64,000 nt of DNA from an uncultured Actinomycetes bacterium (GTDB lineage: Bacteria; Actinomycetota; UBA4738; HRBIN12). The notes under the pieces are model-generated. The model was not told the origin of the DNA and did no database searches. It saw only the letters and a list, made by a program, of their open reading frames with translations. Location of the stretch: contig CAVOUQ010000016.1 in assembly GCA_963699635.1 (NCBI GenBank), forward strand, positions 200,680 to 264,679. The letters are read 5' to 3'. This document shows positions 42,558 to 52,918 of the stretch, piece after piece (position 1 is the stretch's first letter; each line of letters begins with the position of its first letter). The position numbers were made by a program, and so were the translations under genes.

Positions 42558-43186
42558 CAGGTGGGTCCGTTCCCGGTCGGGATCAGGTACACGACGGTGA
42601 AGATCACGATCCAGACGATGTCGACGAAGTGCCAGTACAGGCCGACGAGCTCGACCGCCTCCGCGCGCTCGGGCCCCAGCCGTCCGGCGAACGACAGCGA
42701 GACGAGCGTGAGGAGCATCAGGATCCCGACGGTCACGTGGGTGCCGTGGAACCCGGTGAGCACGAAGAACGACGTCCCGAACACGTTCGCCTGGAGCGTC
42801 AGACCCTCTCGGACGAACGACGTGAACTCGTACACCTGACCGCCCACGAACGTCATGCCGAGGAGCGCCGTCGCGAGCAGCCACACACGCGAGCGTCCGA
42901 CGTCGCCTCCCTGGAGAGCCGCGAGCGCAAGCACCATCGTGAGCGAGCTCGCGAGCAGCACGAACGATGAGACCGAGGTGTACGGGATGTCGAAGACGTC
43001 GCTCGGGTACGGGCCCGTCACGCTCGCGCCGCGATACAGCACGTAGGTCGAGATCAGCGCCCCGAACAGCAGGCAGTCCGACGCCAGGAACAGCCACATG
43101 GCGAGCTTGATGCTCGGGAGACCGGTGCTGGTCGCGTGCTCGGGAACCACCGCGTGCGCGGCGTCGGCGTGCTCGACGGCGGCCAT
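42557..43186 (-). CDS. ctaE: Cytochrome c oxidase subunit III
   Basis: 209 aa with FFVLTGFHGTHVTVG. Confidence 0.9.
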   Translation of the reverse strand: MAAVEHADAAHAVVPEHATSTGLPSIKLAMWLFLASDCLLFGALISTYVLYRGASVTGPYPSDVFDIPYTSVSSFVLLASSLTMVLALAALQGGDVGRSRVWLLATALLGMTFVGGQVYEFTSFVREGLTLQANVFGTSFFVLTGFHGTHVTVGILMLLTLVSLSFAGRLGPERAEAVELVGLYWHFVDIVWIVIFTVVYLIPTGNGPT

Positions 43187-43193
43187 CAGGCGC

Positions 43194-45062
43194 TCATTCC
43201 GCCGAGGGCTCCAGGACCCACCCGTAGAAGCCGGCGAGCGTCACGACGAGACCGACCCCGACGAGCCACCAGTCGAAGATGATGCCGTACGCGACGAGCG
43301 GCATCCCGAGCGCCGCGACGAGCGGGTAGTACGAAGGCCCGGGCATGTGGATCGCGTGGCCCCCGTGCCCGCCCCCGGGCGCCATCTCCCCCGAGCCGCC
43401 GGCCGGCACCGGGACGACCCGGCCGCCCTGCGTCTCGGCGTACTTGCGGTGCCACAGGTCGTCCAGCGAGTGCACGACCGGGATCTCGTCGAAGTTGTGC
43501 TCGGGCGGCGGAGACGACGTCGCCCACTCGAGCGTCCGGGCGTCCCAGGGATCCGCGACCATATCCTTCGCCCTGCGAAAGCTCGACACGGCGTTCGCGA
43601 GGAACACGAGGACGCTGACCGCGATCAGGAAGGCGCCGATCGTCGAGACGAGGTTCCAGAACGACAGGCCGAGCGACGCCGGATAGCTCTGGATCCGGCG
43701 CGGCATGCCCTGGAGCCCGAGCACGTGCATCGGGCCGAAGGTCATGTTGAAGCCGACCAGCATGATCCAGAAGTTCACCTTGCCCAGGCGCTCGGAGAGC
43801 ATGCGGCCGAACACCTTCGGCCACCAGTAGTACAGGCCGCCGAAGAGCCCGAAGATCGCGCCGCCGAAGAGCACGTAGTGGAAGTGCGCGACGATGTAGT
43901 ACGTGTCCGTCTGCTGGTAGTCCGACGGCACCACCGCGTGTGTCACCCCGGAGAGCCCGCCGATCACGAACATCGCGATGAAGCCGACCGCGAACAGCAT
44001 GGGCGTGGCGAACCAGATGTCGCCCTTCCACATGGTGCCGAGCCAGTTGAAGATCTTCACCCCCGTGGGGACGGCGATGATCATGGTCGAGACCGCGAAC
44101 GCGGTGTTCGCGATCGGCCCGAGCCCCACCGCGAACATGTGGTGAGCCCAGACGCCGAACCCGATGAAGCCGATCGCGATCCCGCTGAACACCACGAATT
44201 GATACCCGAACAGCGGCTTGCGCGAGAAGACCGGAAGGATCTCCGAGACGATCCCCATCGCCGGCAGGACGAGGATGTACACCTCGGGGTGCGCGAAGAG
44301 CCAGAACAGGTGCTGCCACAACACCGGCGACCCTCCGGCGGCGGCGTCGAAGAAGTGCGTGCCGAACCGGCGGTCGAACAGCAGCTCGACCAGCCCGATC
44401 GTCACGATCGGCAGCGAGAACGCCAGCAGCAGCTGGACGACGAGCCCCATCCACACGAACACGGGCATCCGGAACAACGTCATCCCCGGCGCGCGCATGT
44501 TGATGACCGTCACGGCGAGGTTGAGCGCGGAGACGGTCGAGGCGATCCCGGCGATCAGGAGTCCGAGCGCGTAGAAGGTCATTCCGATCGAGGGATCCAG
44601 GACAGAGTTCGGCGGGTAGCCGAACCACCCGCCGTTCGGCGCGCCGCCGAGGAACCACGACGAGTAGATGAATACCCCCGCGAACAGGAACGCCCAGTAG
44701 CTGTAGGCGTTCAACCGTGGGAAGGCGACGTCTCGAGCCCCGATCATCAGTGGGATGAAGTAGTTGAAGAAGGCGGCGGACAGCGGCATGACCACGAAGA
44801 AGACCATCGTCACCCCGTGCATCGTGAACAGCTCGTTGAAGGTGCTCGGCGGGACGATGTCCTGGTCCGGCCGGGCGAGCTGGACCCGGATGAGGAGCGC
44901 CTCCGCGCCACCGACCAGGAAGAACCCGAACGCGGTGATGCCGTACAGGATGCCGATCTTCTTGTGGTCGACCGTCGTGAACCACGACCAGAACCCACCG
45001 GTCGCCGACGGACGACGGAGCGCGCCGCGCGCTCGCTCGGCCGGGACGCTCACGCTCGTCAT
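43194..45062 (-). CDS. ctaD: Cytochrome c oxidase subunit I
   Basis: 622 aa with WFTTVDHKKIGILY, LFWLFAHPEVYILVLP and HHMF. Confidence 0.95.
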   Translation of the reverse strand: MTSVSVPAERARGALRRPSATGGFWSWFTTVDHKKIGILYGITAFGFFLVGGAEALLIRVQLARPDQDIVPPSTFNELFTMHGVTMVFFVVMPLSAAFFNYFIPLMIGARDVAFPRLNAYSYWAFLFAGVFIYSSWFLGGAPNGGWFGYPPNSVLDPSIGMTFYALGLLIAGIASTVSALNLAVTVINMRAPGMTLFRMPVFVWMGLVVQLLLAFSLPIVTIGLVELLFDRRFGTHFFDAAAGGSPVLWQHLFWLFAHPEVYILVLPAMGIVSEILPVFSRKPLFGYQFVVFSGIAIGFIGFGVWAHHMFAVGLGPIANTAFAVSTMIIAVPTGVKIFNWLGTMWKGDIWFATPMLFAVGFIAMFVIGGLSGVTHAVVPSDYQQTDTYYIVAHFHYVLFGGAIFGLFGGLYYWWPKVFGRMLSERLGKVNFWIMLVGFNMTFGPMHVLGLQGMPRRIQSYPASLGLSFWNLVSTIGAFLIAVSVLVFLANAVSSFRRAKDMVADPWDARTLEWATSSPPPEHNFDEIPVVHSLDDLWHRKYAETQGGRVVPVPAGGSGEMAPGGGHGGHAIHMPGPSYYPLVAALGMPLVAYGIIFDWWLVGVGLVVTLAGFYGWVLEPSAE

Positions 45063-45081
45063 CGCTGCCGTTCCCCCTCCA

Positions 45082-46209
45082 TCACCCGAGCGTCATGAGG
45101 TAGTCGACCAGGGCGTCGATCTGGTCCTGCGTCAGCGGCGGGTTCAGCCGCATCCACGAACCCGCCTCGACCGCCTGCGGGTTCTTCAACCAGCGCTCCA
45201 GGTTCTCCCGGGTGATGGGCATCGTGCATCCCCGGAAGCACTGTCGGCTCATCAGGTGGGTCAGGTTGGGGGCGCCGTTGGAGCCGACGATCGGCTCGCC
45301 GTTCTGATCCTGGAGCCCGTTGATCGCGTGGCACGCGATGCACTGACCGGTGCCGAAGATCTCCGCTCCCACCGCGGCCGCACTCCCGGGCTCGGGCATC
45401 GCCGCCGGCGCGAGCTGACCCTGCAGCCACCGCTGGAAGTCCTCGGGCGTGTGCGCCACCACCGTGAACCTCATGTAGGCGTGCGAGAGCCCGCAGAACT
45501 CCTTGCACTGGCCCTGGTAGGTGCCGGGCTCGTCGGCCTCGATCCATAGGGTGTTCGTCTGGCCGGGAACCACGTCCTGCGTCCCCGCGAGCTGGGGCAC
45601 CCAGAACGAGTGGATCACCGCGTCGCCGACGAGCGCCGGCTGCGGGCCCTCGGGGGCTCCCGGCTGACACGTGCTCGGGGCCGCCTTCGGTTCTTGGGGG
45701 GTCCCGGCGATGCCGACGCCGCAGAGCTGGAGGTAGATGGGCTCACCGATCGGGATGTGGAGCTCGTTCGCGGTGGTGAAGCCCTGCTCGCGATAGCTGA
45801 ACTCCCACCACCACTGATGACCGAGCACGTCGACCCGCATCGTCCCCGGATCCGGTGGTCGCGCGAGCTCGAAGATCGTGGTCACGGTCGGGACGGCGAC
45901 ACCGGCGAGGATCACCGCGGGCAGGATCGTCCAGGCGATCTCGAGCCGGGTGTTGCCGTGGACCTGCGGGGGGATGCCCTCGCGGGCCTTCCGGTGCCGG
46001 TACCGGAACACGAAGACGACCAGGGCGCCCTCGACGAGCACGAAGATCACCGCCGCGACCCAGAAGACCGGAACGATCAGGTCGTACGAGTCGCGGGCGA
46101 ACTCCCCGGCCGGCTCGAGCGTGCTCTGGGTGGCGTTCGGGGCGCACGCGCCGGCGACCGCCGCCAGTGCCACCAGACCGACGGCCAGGAGCGTCTTCCT
46201 GCGCACCAC
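45082..46209 (-). CDS. ctaC: Cytochrome c oxidase subunit II with fused C-terminal cytochrome c domain (caa3-type)
   Basis: 375 aa with a lipoprotein signal (AGAC|A), CuA site HSFWVP..CKEFCGLSHAYM and heme motif CIACH. Confidence 0.9.
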   Translation of the reverse strand: MVRRKTLLAVGLVALAAVAGACAPNATQSTLEPAGEFARDSYDLIVPVFWVAAVIFVLVEGALVVFVFRYRHRKAREGIPPQVHGNTRLEIAWTILPAVILAGVAVPTVTTIFELARPPDPGTMRVDVLGHQWWWEFSYREQGFTTANELHIPIGEPIYLQLCGVGIAGTPQEPKAAPSTCQPGAPEGPQPALVGDAVIHSFWVPQLAGTQDVVPGQTNTLWIEADEPGTYQGQCKEFCGLSHAYMRFTVVAHTPEDFQRWLQGQLAPAAMPEPGSAAAVGAEIFGTGQCIACHAINGLQDQNGEPIVGSNGAPNLTHLMSRQCFRGCTMPITRENLERWLKNPQAVEAGSWMRLNPPLTQDQIDALVDYLMTLG

Positions 46210-46302
46210 TCCTACCGATTCCCTCCGCGCGGGCCCGGGCCGGGCACCGAGGCCCGGCGCACTGTAGCACCGTTCAACCGGCCGCCGGGTCAGCTTCGAG
46301 GG

Positions 46303-47253
46303 TCACACCCCCGCATACGAATGGAGCCCGACAATCCAAAGATTCACCGCGTAGTACGTGATCAACAAGCTCACGAACCCGATGAGCGCGATGACGGCGG
46401 CCCGGCGACCGCGCCATCCCGACGTCGCCCGCGCGTGAAGGTAGCCGGCGAAGACGACCCACGTGACGAACGACCAGGTCTCCTTCGGGTCCCACCCCCA
46501 ATACCGGCCCCAGGCACGCTCGGCCCAGATCGCGCCGGTGATGATGCCGAACGTCCAGATGGGGAACGCGAACGCGATCATTCGGTACGCGAGCCGGTCG
46601 AGCGTTGCCGCGCTCGGCAGCAGCCCGCGCCGGCGCACGACCCGAGCCTCGGGTTCGTCCGAGGCCGCGACGAGGTCGTGAGGGTAGTCGCCCGAGCGGC
46701 GGGGATCGACGTCGACCGAACCCCCGGCAATGGCTGGCACCGCGTCGCGGCGCTCCCGCCGGTCCTTCGCGAGATACAGGATCGTGAGCACGCATCCCAA
46801 CGAGAGCAGGCTCGAGCTCACGATCATCGAGGTCACGTGGATCTGACGCCAGTACGAGTTCAGCGCGGGGACGAGCGGGGCGGGCCCGACGTGCAGGAAC
46901 AACGCGGCCACCGCCATGGTGATCGTCGCGAAGGCCAGGACGAACCCACCCAGCGTCCGGACCTTCGCGAGCCCCTCCACGAAGACGAGGTACGCGACCA
47001 CCACGAGGAACGAGAGCGCGAGCGAGTACTCGTACATGTTCCCGAGCGGGAGCCGCCCGGCCGCCGCACCCCGCGCGACCAACGAGACGAGCTGCGCCCC
47101 GGCCCCGAGGATCGCGAGCGCGATGGATGCCGCCCACACGGGTCGCATGCGGAACGCGAGATGGTGGAAGGCGGCGAGCATCGCCGCCAGATACGCGAAG
47201 AACGCGATCGTGAAGGCGTCCGTCGAGATCCGGGCCCAGGCTTCGAGGCTCAT
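46303..47253 (-). CDS. resC: Cytochrome c biogenesis protein ResC/CcsA (system II)
   Basis: 316 aa from ATG 47253 (ATGA overlap with the resB stop). Trp-rich motif WGRYWGWDPKETWS. Confidence 0.9.
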   Translation of the reverse strand: MSLEAWARISTDAFTIAFFAYLAAMLAAFHHLAFRMRPVWAASIALAILGAGAQLVSLVARGAAAGRLPLGNMYEYSLALSFLVVVAYLVFVEGLAKVRTLGGFVLAFATITMAVAALFLHVGPAPLVPALNSYWRQIHVTSMIVSSSLLSLGCVLTILYLAKDRRERRDAVPAIAGGSVDVDPRRSGDYPHDLVAASDEPEARVVRRRGLLPSAATLDRLAYRMIAFAFPIWTFGIITGAIWAERAWGRYWGWDPKETWSFVTWVVFAGYLHARATSGWRGRRAAVIALIGFVSLLITYYAVNLWIVGLHSYAGV

Positions 47254-48779
47254 GCGTCCACCCGTTCCCCCGCTTGCGACGCGCGCTCGAGCTGCGCCAC
47301 CAGCTTCGAGAACTCCTCCTCGAACTGCTGCCGCCGCTGGAGGGCGAAGCCTCCGACCTTCAGCACCGTGCCCCCTCCGTTCGTCTCGGCGGTGACCCAC
47401 AGCTTGCGCCGGGACGTGTACAGCGCCGGGAGCAACCCGGCGAGCACGAGGATAGCGGCCGCCAGCACGATCCACAGGCCGCGGTCCCGGGCCACCTGGA
47501 GGACGGTGTACTGCCGGAGGTCGCTGAAGGTCATCGTGACGCCGTCGGCGATGACGACCGTGCGGTCGGCGCCGAGCACTCCGCTGTCGGTCTCGCGCAT
47601 TGCGGTCGTGTCGAGGACGCCGGCCTGCTGCACCAGCTCGCTCCGAAGGTCTCCCTCGTACACGGTGTAGCTCATGACCGGGGAGAACTCGCCGAACATC
47701 GGCATCGCGGTGCCGGTCTCCAGGAGCGCGAACAGCCCGCGGCTGTCCGGCCACAACTGGAGGCGGACCCCGACCTCGGGCCGGAGCGAGGGGAGCTTCA
47801 GGACGCAGTTCCACGGCATCTGGAGCGGGCTCACCCCTTCGGGAGGCGGGTCCTGCGCGCACACGATCGGGTCGGCGGCAATCAGCTCGCCGTCGCTGCG
47901 GACCTCGACCACCGGGGCCCATCCGTAGCCGAACTGGTAGAAGCGCACGCCGTCGATCTCGGCGGGCTCGTTCACGCGGATCTCGACGTCGCGCGCCTGC
48001 CCTCCGTCGGCCTCCGAGATCGTGGCGCGGGTCACGAAGTCCTCGGGCTGGCCCGTCGCTCGATAGGTGACCTCGAAGTCGCGCACGAGGATCTGCGCGC
48101 CCGAGTGGTCCTCGCCGAAGAAACGCCCCTCGCGCAGCGAGCCGTCGTAGTTGGCATGGGCCTCGACCCACCGCTGGCCCTCCACGATCACGGCCCGGCC
48201 CGAGAAGCCGGTCCCCTTGCCCCAGACGATGCCGACGAGGAGCAGGAAGAACGACCAGTGGAACAGGAGGCTCCCGAGCTCCCGGGCGAGACCCTTGTCG
48301 GCCGCCAGCGCCGGACGACCGTTCGGGCCGTTCACGCGGAAGAGACGCCGCCGAAGGACGCGACGGGCGCCGGCGATGGCACGATCGGGGCCGGCCGGGA
48401 CCACGACCTCCGCGTAGTGGCGCATCCCGTCGAGGTCGCGGGCGGGCGCCGGCTTGGTCCGCAGGTTCCGGACGAACGCTCGTGTCCGCGGCAGCAGGCA
48501 GGCGCCGAGCGAGAGCAGCAGCAAGACGTACAGGAGCGTGAACCACCACGAGCCGTAGACGTCGAACAGGCCGAGCTGCTCGAAGACCCGAGCCCGCAAG
48601 GGGTGGCCGCGGAACGTCGCCGCGATCCGCGCGTCCGCCACCCCGACCTGGGGCACCAGCGACCCGGCGACGGCGGCGAGCGCCAGGAGCAGCAGCAGCA
48701 CGAGCGCCGTGCGCATCGAGCGGAGCGACCGCCAGGCCATCGCGGTCGAGCGGCGCAACGTCGGCGGGGAGGAGGCCAT
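47250..48779 (-). CDS. resB: Cytochrome c biogenesis protein ResB/Ccs1 (system II)
   Basis: 509 aa with an N-terminal TM pair, a large extracytoplasmic domain and a C-terminal TM. Confidence 0.85.
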   Translation of the reverse strand: MASSPPTLRRSTAMAWRSLRSMRTALVLLLLLALAAVAGSLVPQVGVADARIAATFRGHPLRARVFEQLGLFDVYGSWWFTLLYVLLLLSLGACLLPRTRAFVRNLRTKPAPARDLDGMRHYAEVVVPAGPDRAIAGARRVLRRRLFRVNGPNGRPALAADKGLARELGSLLFHWSFFLLLVGIVWGKGTGFSGRAVIVEGQRWVEAHANYDGSLREGRFFGEDHSGAQILVRDFEVTYRATGQPEDFVTRATISEADGGQARDVEIRVNEPAEIDGVRFYQFGYGWAPVVEVRSDGELIAADPIVCAQDPPPEGVSPLQMPWNCVLKLPSLRPEVGVRLQLWPDSRGLFALLETGTAMPMFGEFSPVMSYTVYEGDLRSELVQQAGVLDTTAMRETDSGVLGADRTVVIADGVTMTFSDLRQYTVLQVARDRGLWIVLAAAILVLAGLLPALYTSRRKLWVTAETNGGGTVLKVGGFALQRRQQFEEEFSKLVAQLERASQAGERVDA

Positions 48780-48821
48780 CGCGGTGGGCCGATCCTATCG
48801 GGGCCCTGGCTCAACGCCCCG

Positions 48822-49559
48822 TCAGATCGCCGGGGTGAAGTCGCTGATCGCTCGCAGGACCGGGCTCAGCATCCGCGTCCACAGGTTCGTCGCCACCAGG
48901 AGGCCGATCGCGATCATCACGACCCCCGAGATCCCGGCGAACCAATGGTAGTTCCGCCTGACGAACCCCAGCACACCCATCAGCCGCCGGATCCCGAGCC
49001 CCACCAGCAGGAACGGGACTCCGAGCCCCACCGAGTACACGAACAGCAGGTACGCGCCGCGCAGCGAGCCCCCCTGGGCGGCGGCGATCGCGAGGACGCC
49101 GGCGAGCACGGGCCCGATGCAGGGCGTCCACCCCGCCCCGAACGCGACCCCGACCGGGAACGCCCATCCCCGGCCCGGATGCACGCGCTGGAGCAGGGGC
49201 CGGCGCTCCGTGAACAGCGAAGGGGAACCGAGACGGAGCGCGTACAGGAGCATCAGCACGCCGAAGGCGATGATGATCGCGCCCGAGATCCGGATGCCGG
49301 CCGGCGAGCGCAGGATCCGGGTGACCGCGCCGGTGAAGGCCCCGAGCGCGGTGAACACGGCCGCGAACCCCCCGATGAACAGCAGGATCGGGACCACGGG
49401 ACGCCGCTCGTCCTTCGCCTCCCCGCCGGCCACGAACGACAGGTATCCGGGCACCAATGGGAAGACGCACGGCGAGGCGAACGAGACGACCCCGGCCGCG
49501 AAGGCCAGCCCCGGCGCCCACCACGACGCGAGCCCGTCATTCACGAAGTCGGCGAGCAC
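48822..49559 (-). CDS. ccdA: Cytochrome c biogenesis thiol-reductant transporter CcdA
   Basis: Contains FASPCVFPLVPGYLSF and GWTPCIGPVL. The start is taken at GTG 49559, 6 nt after a TACACT -10 (leaderless). The listed ORF start is 49607. Confidence 0.85.
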   Translation of the reverse strand: MLADFVNDGLASWWAPGLAFAAGVVSFASPCVFPLVPGYLSFVAGGEAKDERRPVVPILLFIGGFAAVFTALGAFTGAVTRILRSPAGIRISGAIIIAFGVLMLLYALRLGSPSLFTERRPLLQRVHPGRGWAFPVGVAFGAGWTPCIGPVLAGVLAIAAAQGGSLRGAYLLFVYSVGLGVPFLLVGLGIRRLMGVLGFVRRNYHWFAGISGVVMIAIGLLVATNLWTRMLSPVLRAISDFTPAI

Positions 49560-49619
49560 GCGGCAAGTGTAGGCAGGTGGGTTGCGAGGCCCGGGGCTCC
49601 TTGCCATAGTGGCGCGTGC

Positions 49620-49637
49620 TTGTGAAGGTTTTCACGA
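49620..49637. promoter_or_regulatory. Rex operator in the divergent ccdA / bc-operon intergenic region
   Basis: TTGTGAA-GGTT-TTCACGA (1 mismatch). Confidence 0.65.
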
Positions 49638-49683
49638 GCCGGCGGCCGGGATCGGCGGCGTCGGGACGACCGAGGTCCGTGTG

Positions 49684-49689
49684 TAGAAT
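49684..49689 (+). promoter_or_regulatory. Candidate -10 (TAGAAT) for the bc-complex operon
   Basis: TAGAAT preceded by GTG, 47 nt downstream of the Rex box and 60 nt upstream of the first GTG start. Confidence 0.3.
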
Positions 49690-49748
49690 CCGGCGGCGAG
49701 ACGGGGCGAGGAGCTGGGAGCTGCGATCCGCGTGATGATGGGGTTCGC

Positions 49749-50099
49749 GTGAAGATCACGCAAGGGCTCGTGAAGCTGAAGGAGCGGGCCGAGCCCATCG
49801 TCAAGGGGTTCGAGTGGACGTGGACGAAGGCCGTCCTGTTCTCGCTCGGACTGGCCTTCTTCTGCGTCATCACCATGGCCGTGATCCCGTCGTTCTGGCT
49901 CTACTTCGCGGAGCAGAAGCTCGGCTGGGGCGGGATCTCCGGCACCTCCAACTGGCGGCCGCTCGCGCGAGACTTCATCGCCGTGAACCTTGCGATCGGC
50001 CCGTTCGTCACGCTCGTCGTCGCGGGCGCGATCATGCAGAACTGGCGTCGGAAGCTCCGAGGCGCCTCGGGGGAACGAGCCGCCGGCGGGTATCGATGA
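49749..50099 (+). CDS. Small membrane protein, first gene of the bc-complex operon
   Basis: 116 aa with 2-3 TM segments (AVLFSLGLAFFCVITMAVIPSFWLYF, FIAVNLAIGPFVTLVVAGAI). No family recognised. Confidence 0.6.
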   Translation: MKITQGLVKLKERAEPIVKGFEWTWTKAVLFSLGLAFFCVITMAVIPSFWLYFAEQKLGWGGISGTSNWRPLARDFIAVNLAIGPFVTLVVAGAIMQNWRRKLRGASGERAAGGYR

Positions 50100-50118
50100 C
50101 GACGAGGTCGAGGGCCTG

Positions 50119-50517
50119 ATGCCGTTCACCAAGACCGAGGTCGACGTCCACACCGACTACGTCGTCGAGGCGGTCGATCCGGCGTGGTTGGCCAAGGGCG
50201 TGAAGTCGCCCAAGCATCTGATGCTCGATCCGGACAACTGCATCCTGTGCCGGGCGTGCGAGGACGTCTGCCCCTGGAACTGCATCTTCATGATGTCGAC
50301 CGAGATCGTTCGCGACGCCGCGGACGAGGCCGTGGGGGCGGAGATCGGCGAGGCGTACTCGGTGTTCGTGGTCGACGACAACGCGTGCACGCGGTGCTCG
50401 GTGTGCGTGGACCGTTGCCCCACGGACACGCTGTACTATGCGCGACTGCCCGAGGCCGCGAGTGGACAGCGGACGATGGCCGCCGTCCCGGAGTCGCAGC
50501 GAGCCGAGGCCGAGTAG
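50119..50517 (+). CDS. 2x[4Fe-4S] dicluster ferredoxin
   Basis: 132 aa from ATG 50119 with CILCRACEDVCP and CTRCSVCVDRCP. Confidence 0.8.
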   Translation: MPFTKTEVDVHTDYVVEAVDPAWLAKGVKSPKHLMLDPDNCILCRACEDVCPWNCIFMMSTEIVRDAADEAVGAEIGEAYSVFVVDDNACTRCSVCVDRCPTDTLYYARLPEAASGQRTMAAVPESQRAEAE

Positions 50518-50541
50518 CGAGCAGGAGGGGGAAGGAACCGG

Positions 50542-51312
50542 GTGAAGCTCAAGCCGCCCTCGCCCAGCGAGGTGCTGGACCGGGTCCGCGAGACCGAGGT
50601 CTGGAAGTCGATCTTCCGGCCGGGCTCGATCTTCCGCCGAGGCTACAGGGACACGTCGCGAGACCGGGCCCTCGCCACGATGAACAACGTCCTGTACCAC
50701 CTGCATCCCGTCAAGATGAAGCGGCACGGGCTGAAGCTGACCTACACGTTCTGCCTCGGCGGCCTCTCGTTCTTCCTGTTCATCCTGCTGACGGTCACGG
50801 GGATCTTCCTGATGTTCTTCTACCGGCCGGCCGCCGAGCTCGGCGCCGCCGCCGCGTACACGGACATGCAGAACATCCGGACGTCGGTGTTCTTCGGCGA
50901 CCTCGTCCGGAACCTGCACCGGTGGGGCGCGCACCTCATGGTCTTCAGCGTGACGCTGCACATGGCCCGGGTCTTCTACACCGGCTCGTACAAGCCGCCC
51001 CGTGAGTTCAACTGGGTCGTCGGCGTCGTGCTGCTGTTCCTGACGCTCGGCCTGTCGTTCACCGGCTACCTGCTGCCCTGGGACCAGCTCGCGATCTGGG
51101 CCGTCACGGTGGGGACATCGCTCGCCGGGTACTCGCCGATGATCGCGAAGCAGGCGAACTTCCTCCTGCTCGGCGGGGTCGTGGTCGGGCCGGACACGCT
51201 GCTCCGCTGGTACGTGTTACACGTTCTCGCGCTGCCGTTCGTGCTCGTCATCTTCCTGTCGGTGCACTTCTGGCGGATCCGCAAGGACGGCGGGATCTCG
51301 GGACCGCTCTAA
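50542..51312 (+). CDS. Cytochrome b6-type subunit (N-terminal half of cytochrome b)
   Basis: 256 aa with SD GGAGGGGGAAGGA. Heme ligand pairs are H-x13-H ([16 protein letters not shown]) and H-x14-H ([16 protein letters not shown]), the b6-type spacing. Confidence 0.9.
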   Translation: MKLKPPSPSEVLDRVRETEVWKSIFRPGSIFRRGYRDTSRDRALATMNNVLYHLHPVKMKRHGLKLTYTFCLGGLSFFLFILLTVTGIFLMFFYRPAAELGAAAAYTDMQNIRTSVFFGDLVRNLHRWGAHLMVFSVTLHMARVFYTGSYKPPREFNWVVGVVLLFLTLGLSFTGYLLPWDQLAIWAVTVGTSLAGYSPMIAKQANFLLLGGVVVGPDTLLRWYVLHVLALPFVLVIFLSVHFWRIRKDGGISGPL

Positions 51313-51325
51313 GGAAGAGGAGAAC

Positions 51326-51571
51326 ATGGCTCGCGAGGACACGCCGCTCGACCAGGAGACCTTCGACCGGGTCCTGGCCGACGAGCTCGCCAAGGGCACC
51401 GACCGCCGGGTCGCCGAGGGCCGCGCGCGCTCGGCCGCCGTCCGCGCCTACAAGGCCGCGCACGGGGAGGCACCTGCGGCCGCTCCGGCCGCTCGCCGGA
51501 CTGCGGCGGCTCGGGAGACGGAGGGCGGCTCGCCGCCACGGTCGCGCCGGCGGCGACCTCCGCTCCTGTAG
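51326..51571 (+). CDS. Small protein, or N-terminal extension of subunit IV, carrying the NuoI-tail motif
   Basis: Reads [56 protein letters not shown]. The 3-prime third turns Arg-rich, while the neighbouring frame continues as [20 protein letters not shown]. Probable frameshifts link it to 51609..52184. Confidence 0.55.
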   Translation: MAREDTPLDQETFDRVLADELAKGTDRRVAEGRARSAAVRAYKAAHGEAPAAAPAARRTAAARETEGGSPPRSRRRRPPLL

Positions 51572-51608
51572 CTGCCCCGGCGGCGGGAGCCGCGGCCGCC
51601 CGACGCGG

Positions 51609-52184
51609 TTGCGCGCGACCACCATCGCTCCGACTCGACAGGCGCCGGCGCCCACCGGGAACGTGCCGGAGCCGAAGAAGGGCGCCGAGGAGAAGCACCG
51701 GCTCCTCGCGCTCGTGCCCCCCGAGGGCATCCAGCGCGTCGAACGCGAGCAGGGCGACCGGATCAACGTGTGGCCGCACCTGCTGATCGAGGAGTTCGTG
51801 GCCCTGCTGATCATGACCGTGGGCCTCGTCATCTTCTCGACGTTCGTGAACGCCCCGCTCCGCGAGCTCGCGAACCCCAACCTCACGCCGAATCCTTCGA
51901 AGGCGCCGTGGTACTTCCTCGGTCTTCAGGAGCTGCTCCGCTACTTCCACCCGATGGTGGCCGGGGTCCTGTTCGCGCCGACGCTGGTGCTGCTCGCGCT
52001 CGCGGTCGTCCCGTTCCTCGACCGGAACCCGAGCACGAGGCCCGGGGACCGGAAGATCGCGATCACGTTGTTCACGATGCTCATGATGTTCGGGGCGACC
52101 CTGACGATCATCGGCTCCTTCTTCCGCGGCACCGGCTACAACTGGATCTGGCCGTGGGCCCAGGGGGTGTTCTTCGAGTTGTGA
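51609..52184 (+). CDS. Cytochrome bc/b6f subunit IV (C-terminal half of cytochrome b)
   Basis: Contains [16 protein letters not shown] (PEWY-equivalent) and 3 TM segments. The listed TTG start has no SD, so the true 5-prime end probably lies upstream (see 51326..51571). Confidence 0.8.
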   Translation: MRATTIAPTRQAPAPTGNVPEPKKGAEEKHRLLALVPPEGIQRVEREQGDRINVWPHLLIEEFVALLIMTVGLVIFSTFVNAPLRELANPNLTPNPSKAPWYFLGLQELLRYFHPMVAGVLFAPTLVLLALAVVPFLDRNPSTRPGDRKIAITLFTMLMMFGATLTIIGSFFRGTGYNWIWPWAQGVFFEL

Positions 52185-52918
52185 CCGGGGTCCTGGCCAT
52201 CTCGAACGGCACGGTGGCGGCGATCGTCGCGATCGTGGTCCTCGACCTGTTCGCGATCGTGTTCGGGCTCTCCTTCAGGCGCGCGCGTCGCGAGCAGCGC
52301 GCGGCCGAGGCCGCGGCCACCGCCGTCGCGCTCGGGGGGCCGGCCCCGAAGGCGCCGAAGCCCATGAGCCGCCGCGAGTTCTTCCGCAGGTCGCTGGTCG
52401 CCTCGCTGCTGATCTACGGCGCCCAGTTCGGGGGCGCGAGCATCGCGTTCCTGTGGCCGAACCTGAAGGGCGGGTTCGGCTCGGTGATCAACGCGGGCAA
52501 GCTGGAGGAGATCAAGAGCGCGATCACCGATACCGGCCTTCCCGTCTACTCCGGGACCGGGCGGTTCTACATCGTCGCCTACGACGGCCGGCCGGACGAG
52601 GACATCGACTACGAGACCGAGGCCGTCTCCGCGCAGGGGGTCATGCCCCTGTACCAGCGGTGCGTGCATCTCGGGTGCCGGGTCCCGTTCTGCGAGCAGT
52701 CGCAGTGGTTCGAGTGCCCCTGCCACGGCTCGAAGTACAACACCGCGGGCGAGTACAAGCTCGGGCCGGCCCCCCGCGGGATGGACCGCTTCCGCGTCGA
52801 GATCACCGGCTCAGGAGACGTGATGGTCGACACGTCCGAGGTGATCCAGGGGCCGCCACGCGGGACCGACACGCTGCGCCGGCCGCAGTCGGGGCCCTTC
52901 TGCGTGGCGACGGCATGA
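52181..52918 (+). CDS. Rieske [2Fe-2S] subunit
   Basis: Contains CVHLGC and CPCHGS boxes and an internal twin-arginine motif [10 protein letters not shown]. The GTG start overlaps the subunit IV stop. Alternative ATG at 52364. Confidence 0.9.
   Translation: MTGVLAISNGTVAAIVAIVVLDLFAIVFGLSFRRARREQRAAEAAATAVALGGPAPKAPKPMSRREFFRRSLVASLLIYGAQFGGASIAFLWPNLKGGFGSVINAGKLEEIKSAITDTGLPVYSGTGRFYIVAYDGRPDEDIDYETEAVSAQGVMPLYQRCVHLGCRVPFCEQSQWFECPCHGSKYNTAGEYKLGPAPRGMDRFRVEITGSGDVMVDTSEVIQGPPRGTDTLRRPQSGPFCVATA

Noticed and set aside
46239-46258. The hairpin GCCGGGC-ACCGAG-GCCCGGC between resC and ctaC as a terminator.
   Set aside because: It has only a 7-bp stem and no U-tract, and it lies inside what looks like one functional gene array. 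It is not distinguishable from random GC-rich self-complementarity.
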